NCBI RefSeq assembly: GCF_022045235.1
Contig: NW_027266281.1
Coordinates: forward strand, 4,154,001 to 4,218,000
Direction: 5' to 3'
Origin: Haliotis cracherodii
Lineage: Eukaryota
DNA: 64,000 bases
The notes under the pieces were generated by a model. That model made no database searches. It was not told the origin of the DNA and saw only the letters and a list, made by a program, of their open reading frames with translations. The position numbers and the translations under genes are program-made. Positions 44,911 to 56,639 of the stretch are shown in pieces. The first letter of the stretch is position 1. Every line of letters begins with the position of its first letter.

Positions 44911-46060
44911 CAGACAGACAGACAGACAGAAGTTTATTTAATATTTTAGGCCATATGACCTATAGTACAGTAGTGTTGTTTTTTTGTATCAACATTGTAC
45001 AGTCACGTGTAGGTAATAATAAGTTTACATAAAATATTAACGTCTAATTTCAAAAATCTTCTTCAGGAATATTGACAGAGATGATATTGTATTTGCAGTG
45101 CAGGAGTTCAACAAATTTTTCATCAGTTGTTCATCTTTGTACATAGTTGAAATCATAGGGAGGTATCTATTTCTAAGAAACTGATAATATTTACAAATGA
45201 GAAGTACATGAAACTCATCCTCAACATAGCCTTCATTACAATAACGGCATAAACTACTTTCTTTATCTTGTACATTTTTCTTTCTGAGATTGTTAACATT
45301 AAAATTATGTAATGATATACGTAATTTACACAACGATCTTCTCAAAGTTCTATCCTGAAGTACAGATACATATTTTTCAGGAACAAGTAAAGATTATATA
45401 TTCGTATAATTGCATAAAAACCTTGAGGATAATATTTGACAGTGCCAATCTTGTGAAAATATATCAACTAATCTTTCCTTAAGCATGAAGATAAATAGTT
45501 TATCATTTCCAACATCTTGAGATATCCATGCAAGAGAAAAACCAGACATACAAAGAATATTTCTGATATCAGACACCCATAAACAATATTTACCCTTTTC
45601 ATCCAAGGCTTTTAACATATTATAACAATGAAGAGGAAATATATTTGAATTCATACGAAGTAGCTTTATCCAATATTTAACTGCCCGTAGCTGGGATGAA
45701 ACAAAAAGACTGGTACGACCAGTTTCTCCTAGAATGGCTTTGGTAGAGGCATATTTACCGACACCTAAAGAACGTTTAAAGCACATGGCATGAATTTTTC
45801 TATGGAATCATTATAATGACATCCCCATATTTCTGAACCATACAGCAGAATCGGTGCTATTTTTCTGTCAAAAACAATATGGAAAGATATAAATTTGTTT
45901 TCTTTAAAAACTCTATAGACAGGAATCAAGGCTTTAGATGCTTGCAGAGCCAACTGCTTACAAGCTGTTGACCATGCTAATCGAGAAGATACAGTCAATC
46001 CTAAATATTTATAATATGAAACAATATTGACTGTCTTATTACAATCCGTCCATTTTTCAA
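44911..46060 (-). mobile_element. 5'-truncated LINE (RTE-X-like) with a (TCTG)n tail
   Basis: PILLYGSEIWG, ILGETGR and LCRYCNEGYVEDEFHVLLIC, with a microsatellite tail at 44911-44929. Confidence 0.9.
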
Positions 46061-46085
46061 ATTTATCGCTTTCCCTCTCTCACAA

Positions 46086-46354
46086 GACCCGTGAAGATTC
46101 CAGGGTAAAACAGGTCTTCAGCAACCCATGTTTGCCATAAAAGGTGACTATGCTTGTCGTAAAAGGCGACTAACGGGATCGGGTGGTCAGGTTCGCTGAC
46201 TTTGTTGATGCATGTCATCGATCCCAATTGCGTGGATCGATGCTCATGATATTAATCACTGGATTGTCTGGTCCAGACTGGATTATTTACAGACCACCGT
46301 CATATAGCTGGAATATTGCTGAGTGCGGCGTTAAACAACAAACCAACCACCCAA
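46086..46354 (+). mobile_element. SINE family B, full copy
   Basis: 12-bp TSD CCTCTCTCACAA at 46074-46085 and 46355-46366. The empty site is visible in copy 1 of the host element. Confidence 0.95.
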
Positions 46355-47246
46355 CCTCTCTCACAAACATTACCGAAACATTGCGAGTTTTCCTGAAATG
46401 CGCGCATAGATATTCATTACGTCACAGGGTAAGTGATGTGTCAGTCGGACAGTGACAGTAGTCAATATAGTTCCAACTGAAATCTGTTTCTTATGCAGTG
46501 GCGAAACAACATATATGCAAAGCAACAATTGTTTTTAATTGCCTTTTGCTGCAATCCATCGGTTCGCTAGAGTAACTGCCCTTTGTCAAAGGGAAGCTAC
46601 TCTAACCCTAGTCTATGAGACGTCACGGCCACGGTCAGACGTTGTTGACAGTCGATCAGTCCTGTCATAACGTTAAGAAGTGTAGTCAGATGTACACACA
46701 GCAACAAAACGAAACAAGGTAACAATTCAAACATATCGGCCAAATCCAACTATTTTAATTTGTGGAGAAGGTTTCAAGCCGCAGAGGTCTACAAACACAG
46801 ACCTTGGCTAGGCCTCTTGCCCTCGCAAAAGTGTTTCGAAATTTATATCTCCAAAGTTGCCAAAACTTATAAAATGCCTCAGCTACGTCACAGTAGGGAC
46901 ACTGATTTTCAGTATATTAGACTGTTCTTTTGATAATGATAGCAATTATCCCTGTAGTTTATCCAGACTCCCGATGGTTAATTCTGACTCGATCGCCGAA
47001 TGCCGAGGGAGACGCCATGTTTGTTTATAAACAGTGAAAGTAGTCCCTACTTGACCTTTGATATTTGCATCTCTATCTGCATATGACCCCAACGGATATC
47101 GTTTTTATCCGTTGGCTTTATCCTGCCGAGAAACCTACCCATTATATGATAATATATATATATGTGTAACACTCTGTAACGAACAACAAAGTCCCTTCGT
47201 CTACAGACTAGGAACAATCTTTACATATGGCCCGTTTGTTTTCCAG

Positions 47247-48315
47247 TCTACACTGACCTGAAGCTAGACATCCTGATTGTAGAAGATGTTTCACGATCCA
47301 TCGGCAAACCCAACTTTGACGAAATGAAACGATTCCAAGAGAGTATGGTAAACTCTACCACCATAGGCCGTGATGCTGTTAACGTTGCATTGATAGAGTT
47401 TTCTTCAAACGCTAGAGTGGTACTGTAAACAGGGAATTTTTTGCGACCGTTTTATTATTGCGAGTTTTGCGAACGAGACTCAATCGCAAAATTTAAAAAA
47501 CGCAAAAAAATGAGTATAAATAATACATACATACATACTTTATTCATTGCAACACGTCATCAAATGTTGAAATCATCAACCAAAACCACAAGTTACTCAA
47601 AAAGTTAAAAACACAAATGAATGCAGAGTAGTCACACAATACATCACAATTGACAGTGTAAACAGACCAATTAGCGTCACTGTTACCCCTTGCAATCCCT
47701 TCCGGTCAACTTTCCGGCCAACTCAGATTAACTAGCTTCTGAGAGAAGCTGTCTATTGTTTGGTAATCGAGGGGTCATCTCAACACGGCAACTCGCAAAA
47801 GTATCTCGTCGCAGTATTGTCTTTGATGTGGTATTCGCAATATTTTAACGGCGCAGAAATATAGCTGTTTACAGTATTCAGATTCAATGAATATAGCAAC
47901 AGCAAGTCGGGTGTTCTGGCAGCTCTCAAACAGCAGACATACGAAGAGGGTCCCTCTACGAACATTGGCGATGCCATCAAGCTGGCTACAAGTACAATTT
48001 TCAATGGCGACCGCAATGACGCTGACAACAAGGTCATCATGTTTACCGATGGGTACACCACAAGGGAGGACCGGGAGGCCATTGCTGCCAGTATTGGTTA
48101 TCTGAAAGCCAAAGCTGAGGTATGTGTTGTTGCTATCTCGGAAGTAGATGCCAATTCCACAATCCACCTAGCTAATTGCTTCGAGACCTTCCAACATCTT
48201 CCAGATTGGCTCCCCTGATGCAGTCAGTGCTATTCTACAGAAGATGATGGCTGGTCCCGTCCTGTCGCAGAACAGCTTCGCCCAGCCGCCCAGAAATGAT
48301 ATTTACAGGGGATGA
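47247..48315 (+). pseudogene. Terminal VWA-domain exon interrupted by a MITE and a 4-bp insertion
   Basis: TTTTCCAG acceptor. Reads LDILIVEDVSRSIG (MIDAS DxSxS)...VALIEFSSNARVV|FRFNEY...STNIGDAI...VIMFTDG...EVCVVAI...(shift at 48171-48174) LIASRPSNIF...YRG*. AATAAA at 48346-48351. Confidence 0.92.
47423..47874. mobile_element. 452-bp MITE with a TA target-site duplication
   Basis: TA-CTGTAAACAG ... CTGTTTACAG-TA. Removing it and one TA restores the VWA frame exactly. Confidence 0.93.
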
Positions 48316-48381
48316 AATAGCTGTACTAAATGTTATTTCGTAACCAATAAATGGTCTGCATATGCTGCAGTTTGTTGTTTC

Positions 48382-49262
48382 ACTCTCACTCACTCACTCA
48401 CTCACTCACTCACTCACTCTTCGGGGATATCTAGATAATAAAGCATTCTGTCTAGACGGTGAAACTGCATCGTCTTGGGAAATATCTAGTAAATGAAGCA
48501 TGTTGACTCACTTACTCACTCACATTCGGTTTAGATGGTAAAACTGCATCGTCTAGAAACATATCTAGGAAAGAAGCATGCTGACTCGCTCACCCAGACA
48601 CTCACTCATTCACTATACGGGAATATCTAGAAAGAGAAAATTCTGTCTAGACGGTGAAATTGCTTCTTCTAGGGAAATATCTAGTAAATGAAGCATCCTG
48701 ACTCACGCATCCACTCACTCACTTACCCTACGGAAATATCTGGATAATAAAGCATTCTGTCTAGACGGTGAAACTGCATCGTCTTGGGAAATATCTAGGA
48801 AAGAAGCATGCTGACTCGCCCACCCACTCATTCACTTACTCACTATATCGGAATATCTAGATAATAAAGCATTCTGTCTGGACGGTGAAACTGCTTCTTC
48901 TATGGTTAGGGGGCACGGGTGGCCCAGGCGTCTAAGGCGCCGCGATTCGCTGTTCAGAGTTGCCAGAAACCTATGATTGTGAGTTCGAATCCCGGTTCGC
49001 CCCGATTATGTTTCTAGGTTTGTCAGCACCATACCCGTGCTCGTGGTTTTCACCGAAGTGGTAAACGTCTGAGACCTGCATCACTTCGAGCTTTCCTCCC
49101 ACATTTAGCTGACACGCCGCGATTTAACTGGAATATTGTACGGCGTTAAACCCAACTCACTCACTCTTCTAGGGTTATATCCAGTAAATGAAACATGCTC
49201 TCTCACTCGCTCACTCACTCACTCACATTCTCTCTAGTAAATAAAGCATGCTGACTCACTTA
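48382..49262. repeat. (CTCA)n-interspersed, TCTAGA-rich ~120-bp imperfect repeats
   Basis: Recurrent ATATCTAGATAATAAAGCATTCTGTCTAGACGGTGAAACTGC blocks. Confidence 0.85.
48909..49164 (+). mobile_element. SINE family C (tRNA-Leu-like head), full length
   Basis: GTGGCCCAGGCGTCTAAGGCGC head, GTTCGAATCC B box and (CTCA)n tail. TSD TCTTCTATGGTTA (48896-48908) / TCTTCTAGGGTTA (49165-49177). Confidence 0.92.
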
Positions 49263-49663
49263 CTGGAGGGATAGCAAGGATTTAGCTGCAGCAGGCCTAT
49301 TATGGTCACTAGCGGTTGATTGGCACAAGCACATGCTCCTAACCAGGCTCGTCACTGTTCCTGTGACCCTCCTTTACGCATCCAAACACCGTGTAGACAA
49401 GTAGTGCTGTTTCGGCTACAGTTTCGGTCTCAGATAGTAAGCTGATCTGTGATTATCATCCTCCCGCCATTTGTATGCTGAAAGTATGACATTGCTTCTA
49501 AGAAATACCGAAAATACCATAAAAAAACTGTATAACCCGAAACACCAAACGATATAAGGTGCACGAGTTTCAATAAAGGGGGAAAATAGTGCGTGTGTGT
49601 GTTATTTCGTTACCAATAAGTGGTCTGCATATACTAAGAGTTTGTTGTTTCGCGGGGGATAAG

Positions 49664-49664
49664 G

Positions 49665-49706
<42 letters not shown>
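49664..49706. repeat. (GTGC)n microsatellite
   Basis: Seen directly. Confidence 0.98.
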
Positions 49707-49707
<1 letters not shown>

Positions 49708-50108
49708 TGGGAGTAAAACATCAGTTTTCTCAAGAATTACACTGGTGGGTACCATATCCGAGTCAAAATATCAAACGGTTTCCTTTGATTCTCACAGACA
49801 GCAAATACCTGAATATAACTTGAATCCACAAGAATAGCATGGAAGGCAATGCAAATGAGAAAACAATGTTCGGTATTTGACCTGTATGTACTTTGTAGGT
49901 TTGCTTTTCACAGAATTAATACTCCAATGCAGATATCAAATTCATGCAACAACGAAATGACGCTTGCGGGGGCCATTTATTTTATTGGCATAACAATTCC
50001 ACCAACAATTAAAGTCCATAATTTGAAATTATGAGTAGGTAGCTGATGAAGTACATTCAGCGGGTGTTCCAATTTAATGAATTTTATATCTGATATCTCT
50101 TCAGTGCC

Positions 50109-50265
50109 GGGGCGGTCGAGTAGCCTAGTGGTTAAAGCGTTCGCTCGTCACGCCGAAGACCTGGGTTCGATTCCCGACATGGGTACAATGTGTGAAGCCC
50201 ATTTCTTGTGACCCCCGCCGTGATATTGCTGGAATATTGCTAAAAGCGGCGTAAAACCATACTAG
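50109..50265 (+). mobile_element. tRNA-derived SINE family A
   Basis: 12-bp TSD CTCTTCAGTGCC at 50097-50108 and 50266-50277. Confidence 0.95.
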
Positions 50266-50822
50266 CTCTTCAGTGCCATTGAAACAAAAATGATGAGTCC
50301 TAGAAATATTTATGTATGTTGGATGTTTATGTTCGAAAACAAAATAACGATCTATTTAGTTACTGAAACATTTAAACAAAGAGAAGAGATATTGTAAAAC
50401 CAACAACTTCTGTAAGTTCAAGGTATTGAGGTTTTTTTATATTATTCTTCTCAATAGTTTCTTCGTCGTAATCTACTTGAACAGATTGACTGTAAATAAG
50501 CGAAGACTAGATATAGACACTATTAACTTTAAAAAAAGACTGTTGCATAATTAGAACCATATATCTAAATGTTTACTCTACAGAAAGGTGTGCCTGTCAA
50601 AACATGTATGCTAAAAGAATTTTTTTTTAGAGTTTTCAATATATGTATTCTGCATTTGACAACCATTCATTAATACCAGCTGCTACAGTAAATGTATTTT
50701 AGATCTTGTTCATCAGTGAATAAATTTGAAAGTCACACATTTGTTGAAAGGTAAAAACTTCTCTCTGAGGCCAATAGTTTTAATGTTTACCTACAATATA
50801 TGGTTTTCTGAACAGCATATAT

Positions 50823-50997
50823 GGGGAGGTGGGTGGCCAAGTGGTTGACGCATTCGCTCTTTATGTGGAAAAACCCAGGACTGATTCCCCTACATGGGAA
50901 CAATGTGTGAAGCCCATTTCTGGTGTCCCCGGCCGTGATATTGCTGGAATATTGCTAAAAGCGGCGTAAAACCATTCTCACCCAATAGCTCACTCAC
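50823..50997 (+). mobile_element. tRNA-derived SINE family A, diverged head
   Basis: Same body and tail as the copy at 32688. Confidence 0.88.
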
Positions 50998-50999
50998 TT

Positions 51000-51808
51000 T
51001 GAACCTTGAAAGCCAAAACTTTAAGTTATATTTTTCGGAAAATACCCATTTAAAACAAAAGTAGAGGTCCTTTGGCAACGGAAGTTACCAGTTATTGCTG
51101 TGCCTTTTTTGGTGACCGCACACAGCCCACCATTCACATTTGGCACTATCTTGACTAATATCATTTTGGCACGCATTATGGTTTGGCACTATCCTCTTCA
51201 TATCTTTAAACACAAACTTTACATTATAATTTTCAGAAAAATCCCATTTTAGGCAAAAGTCAAGCTTCTTACCCAACAGAAGCTAAAAGTTATTGTTGTG
51301 CTTTTTGGAGAACCCAACACAGCTCACCCTTCCAATTCGAAACCTATTGACTGAAAACGGCCCGTTTTGGCTTCTCACGCGGTTTGGCACCTACATATAA
51401 ATATTCTGAATAATATTTTTGAAGCAAACCTATTTTGAACAAAAGCCAAGTTTCTTGCCCAACAGAAGTAAAAGTTATTGTTGTGCTTTTGGGGGGAACC
51501 GGACACAACCAACCCTTCTAATTCGGAACATCTTGACTACCACAGCCCATTTTGGTTTGCAACGGAGTTTGGCACTATCCTGGTCATATCTTAAAACCAA
51601 AACTTTACAATATATGTTTCAGAAAATTCCTATTTTAATCAAAAGTACAGGTTCTTTCGTAACAGAAGTTACCAGTTATTGCTGTGCTTTTTCGAGAACC
51701 GCACACAGCACATCATTCAATTTCGGCACATCGTGACTGAAAACACATAATTCTGGCACGCATCATGGTTTGGCACTATCCTCTTCATATCTTGAAATCC
51801 AAAACTTT
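51000..51808. repeat. ~195-bp degenerate tandem repeat, ~4 copies, with dispersed relatives at ~21660-21850 (+) and ~9755-9905 (-)
   Basis: GGTTTGGCACTATCCT and AACAGAAGTTACCAGTTATTG motifs recur at ~190-200-bp spacing. Confidence 0.85.
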
Positions 51809-52029
51809 CGCCGCACTCAGCAATATTCCAGCTATATGGCTGTGATCTGAAAATAATCGAGTCTAGACCAGACAATCCAGTGATTGACATCATGACAGAA
51901 TCGGTTGGTTAGGCTCTCTGACTCGGTTGATGCATGTCATCGTATCCCAATTGTGTAGATCGATGACATGCATCAACCAAGTCAGTGAGCCGCTCAAATG
52001 GGATCCACAGTAAAGTGTCACGAAAAGTA

Positions 52030-53790
52030 CGCAATCTCAAATCCTTGAAGCCATTGATAAAATGAAGTTGAATAAATCTCCTGGTGGTGATAATATACCA
52101 GCAGAATTCTTTAAATATTTAAAACAAATTGTGTTACAATCATTATTAATTCTATTCAACCAAATCTTGAATAATGGTATGTTCCCCAAAAGTTGGTGTT
52201 CCAGTGTCATTGTATCGCTTCACACAAAGATATTTGTTACCATCTTAAACAATGACTACATTTACATGTAGAAACACATGAAACTATTGATTCTGTAAAT
52301 AGACAAAAGTACAAAAAATACTTTATGTATATAGTCCACTCGCCCATATATAATACATTTATTTCAAATATTTTATTATTACATCTTCTTTCATAGCTGT
52401 AATACAGGTATTTACGTAATTTTCCATGTAATTGTTACATGGAGATGACTGCAGCATTATGAATTTATGCATTTTTGGATTGTGGCAAAAACGTTGTTGG
52501 TACGTACAGTTGTCTAATATCGTTGTAGTATTCACATTCTAAAGTAAAATGATATTCATTCTCTATACTTGTTTCACATATAGGGCAAAGCTGTAAACGT
52601 ACATCAATATCAGCCCATCTACCTTCGTTTATCCTAAGTCTTAGTTGCCCGTCTCTAAGCCGTATAATAACATTTCGATATTTTATTTCACCAACAAGAG
52701 AAAGCTATTTTCTGGTTCCAGGAGACTTTTAAACTCTTTATACAGGATGTACCTAGAACTAGCCTTGATAGTACTATTCCATGATTGACGGAACATATTT
52801 ATCAAAACATTTTAAAACTATTAATGAATAAAGGTTTGTCGCCAACAGCTTGACTGTGCCTTACTACTCCAAATCCGTGAGAAAATAATATGGAACGAAT
52901 GGAAGAAGCGTAATTCTGATGGCCACACTTGTCGATATATACAAGCATATTATAAGATTTTCTTGGTAAAGAAATTGACTCTGTACATGAATGGAAGTTT
53001 TCAGGTTGGGATCTATATTTCTTCAGAGATGTTTAACATCATAGCATTACTATTTGCAGACGATCGTATTACTGTCACTGATATCATTTTCAATGTTATT
53101 TGACTTTATGAAAAAACTTGTGATAGACACCACCCAAATTGGGCAAGCTATGTGAAAAGTTTACTTTAAATCCAGTTATTTAAGTAAAGAATTATAGATT
53201 GCAACGTCCAAGAATGGCACTCTTCAACGAAAACTAACCCTTGTTTGGCATTTTATTCATGGATAAAGCACCCTTTCAACTCGAAAATTATAAAGTAAAT
53301 ATTAACATCCCCAAGTATAGAATTGCATTGCTAAAGGTTAGAGTCGGTTATGATTTATTGGGTATTCAGAAATATAGAATAAGACAGGTTTTGTTGATAC
53401 AGGGAGCGACTTTGTGTGCCCAGAATGTAATGAACTTGAAGAGGAAGCGCACGTTTTCTTCAATTGTCCTCTGTACTCACAGATAAGAAGTAAATATTTG
53501 GCACTCTATGAACATCTCAACACTTTTGTTAGTCATGACATGGTAAGCATGATAAACTCTTATAATGATGAGATGATCTTTGATATAGCAAAGAACCTTT
53601 TTCAAATGTTCTGTATGAGAAACAAATTGCAGTCCATAATTACTACACATATTGATGTGGTGAATGTTACAAGTGGTTATTACAATACTTATGCAGTCAC
53701 TCCTTACATATGCTGTAAGTTTGTGAGTGACATGACATTATCTGTACTGTGGGTCTTACGGCCTTTCACCTCAATAAACCCTTGAATCCG
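52030..53790. mobile_element. Cluster of LINE fragments in both orientations
   Basis: KSPGGDNIPAEFFK..FPKSW (+, 52062), C-terminal Cys motif (-, ~52500-52700), LLFADD (+, ~53050) and CPECNELEEEAHVFFNCPLY (+, 53414). Confidence 0.85.
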
Positions 53791-53814
53791 TGAATCCTTC
53801 AATTCTTGTTCTTT

Positions 53815-56304
53815 CTACTTAGGTCAAGGCATTTTAATAGGATACATAGTCAGGTATCCTATCTACCTTATGTCAAGACATTTTAATAGGATCCACAGCC
53901 AGGTACCCTCTCTACCTTAGGTCAAGACACTCAGGTCAAGATCGACAGGCAGGTTTCCTTTCTATCTTGGGTCAAGACATTTTAATAGGATCCACAGCCA
54001 GGTACCCTCTCTGCCTTAGGTGAAGACACTTAGTTCAAGATCGACAGACAGGTGTCCTTTCTGTATGAGGTCTAGACATTTTAATAGGATCCACAGTCAG
54101 GTACCCTCTCTACCTTAGGTCAAGACACTCAGGTCAAGATGTACTTTCTATCTTGGGTCAAGACACTCAATGCGACCCTCAGTCTGATGTCCTCACTATC
54201 TTGGGTCAAGACCCTCAATGCGACCCTCAGTCTGGTGCCCACTCTATCTCGGGTCAAGACACTCAATGCGACCCTCAGTCTGGTGCCAACTCTATCTTGG
54301 GTCAAGACACTCAATGCGACCCTCAGTCTGATGCCCTCTCTATCTCGGGTCAAGACACTCAATGCGACCCTCAGTCTGGTGCCCTCTCTATCTTGGGTCA
54401 AGACACTCAATGCGACCCTCAGTCTGGCGCCCTCTCTATCTTGGGTCAAGACACTCAATGCGACCCTCAGTCTGGTGCCAACTCTATCTTGGGTCAAGAC
54501 ACTCAATGCGACCCTCAGTCTGATGCCCTCTCTATCTCGGGTCAAGACACTCAATGCGACCCTCAGTCTGGTGCCCTCTCTATCTTGGGTCAAGACACTC
54601 AATGCGACCCTCAGTCTGGCGCCCTCTCTATCTTGGGTCAAGACACTCAATGCGACCCTCAGTCTGGTGCCCACTCTATCTTGGGTCAAGACACTCAATG
54701 CGACCCTCAGTCTGATGCCCTCTCTATCTTGGGTCAAGACACTCAATGCGACCCTCAGTCTGGTGCCCTCTCTATCTCAGGTCAAGACACTCAATGCGAC
54801 CCTCAGTCTGATGCCCACTCTATCTTGGGTCAAGACACTCAATGCGACCCTCAGTCTGATGCCCTCTCTATCTCGGGTCAAGACACTCAATGCGACCCTC
54901 AGTCTGGTGCCCTCTCTATCTCGGGTCAAGACACTCAATGCGACCCTCAGTTTGGCGCCCTCTCTATCTTGGGTCAAGACACTCAATGCGACCCTCAGTC
55001 TGGCGCCCTCTCTATCTCGGGTCAAGACACTCAATGCGACCCTCAGTTTGGCGCCCTCTCTATCTCGGGTCAAGACACTCAATGCGACCCTCAGTCTGGC
55101 GCCCTCTCTATCGTGAGTCAAGACACTCAATGCGACCCTCAGTCTGATGCCCTCTCTATCTCGGGTCAAGACACTCAATGCGACCCTCAGTCTGGTGCCC
55201 TCTCTATCTTTGGACAAGACACTCAATGCGACCCTCAGTCTGGTGCCCTCTCTATCTCGGGTCAATACACTCAATGCGACCTTCAGTCTGGTGCCCACTC
55301 TATCTTTGGACAAGACACTCAATGCGACCCTCAGTCTGGTGCCCTCTCTATCTTTGGACAAGACACTCAATGCGACCCTCAGTCTGGTGCCCTCTCTATC
55401 TTTGGACAAGACACTCAATGCGACCCTCGGTCTGGTGCCCTCTCTATCTTGGGTCAAGACACTCAATGCGACCCTCAGTCTGATGCCCACTCTATCTTTG
55501 GACAAGACCCTCAATGCGACCCTCAGTCTGATGCCCTCTCTATCTCGGGTCAAGACACTCAATGCGACCCTCAGTCTGGTGCCCACTCTATCTTTGGTCA
55601 AGACCCTCAATGCGACCCTCAGTCTGGTGCCCTCTCTATCTTTGGACAAGACACTCAATGCGACCCTCAGTCTGGAGCCCTCTCTATCTTGGGTCAAGAC
55701 ACTCAATGCGACCTTCAGTCTGGTGCCCACTCTATCTTTGGACAAGACACTCAATGCGACCCTCAGTCTGGTGCCCTCTCTATCTTTGGACAAGACACTC
55801 AATGCGACCCTCAGTCTGGTGCCCTCTCTATCTTTGGACAAGACACTCAATGCGACCCTCGGTCTGGTGCCCTCTCTATCTCGGGTCAAGACACTCAATG
55901 CGACCCTCAGTCTGGTGCCCACTCTATCTTTGGACAAGACCCTCAATGCGACCCTCAGTCTGATGCCCTCTCTATCTTTGGACAAGACACTCAATGCGAC
56001 CCTCAGTCTGGTGCCCTCTCTATCTTTGGACAAGACACTCAATGCGACCCTCAGTCTGGTGCCCTCTCTATCTCGGGTCAAGACACTCAATGCGACCCTC
56101 AGTCTGGTGCCGTCTCTATCTTTGGACAAGACACTCAATGCGACCCTCAGTATGGTGCCCACTCTATCTTTGGACAAGACCCTCAATGCGACCCTCAGTC
56201 TGATGTCCTCACTATCTTGGGTCAAGACACTCAATGCGACCCTCAGTCTGGTGCCCTCTCTATCTTTGGACAAGACACTCAATGCGACCCTCAGTCTGGT
56301 GCCC
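53815..56304. repeat. 48-bp minisatellite, ~45 homogeneous copies plus a degenerate left edge
   Basis: Unit CAAGACACTCAATGCGACCCTCAGTCTGGTGCCCTCTCTATCTTGGGT, giving 16-aa periodic ORFs. Confidence 0.98.
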
Positions 56305-56634
56305 TAGCTTCCACACTGTGATATCCTTATAATTACAGATAACATACAGATAGCCCATGTTATCAACTGCTACTCCTGAAGGCTGACTGAAGAGTTCCGA
56401 CTCCCCGATCACCCTGCATACCTTCCTCCCCCTGCTGGAGAACTGCACGATGGATCCATGGCCTGTTTCAGCAATGAAAATGTTCCCTGCGCCATCACAA
56501 GCCACGCCTAGGCATTTCACGGGTTTACACCACAGCACTTTACCATCCTGTTTGAGGCAAGATGCTGTGTTGCCCCTACAATCAGTGACAACGATGGTGT
56601 TGTTGGGTGTGACGGTGACCCAAGTTGTTATCAA
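56305..56634 (-). pseudogene. NHL-repeat beta-propeller C-terminal fragment (TRIM2/3/71-like family)
   Basis: VTVTPNNTIVVTD, GVACDGAGNIFIAE and QPSGVAVDNMGYLYV are three NHL blades. The 5' side is replaced by a LINE 3' end and the 3' side runs into the 48-bp array. Confidence 0.8.
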
Positions 56635-56639
56635 TAAAG

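Larger units (their letters stand above)
44805..47152 (-). mobile_element. Copy 2 of the 7873-8870 element, carrying a nested LINE and SINE
   Basis: 46367-47152 and 44805-44910 are the reverse complement of 7873-8775. Confidence 0.88.

Noticed and set aside
47775-48167. Minus-strand ORFs of 130 and 100 aa
   Set aside because: Antisense shadows of the VWA exon.
54153-56321. 722-aa (GQDTQCDPQSGALSIL)n ORF
   Set aside because: By-product of a 48-bp unit, open in several frames, with no start context.
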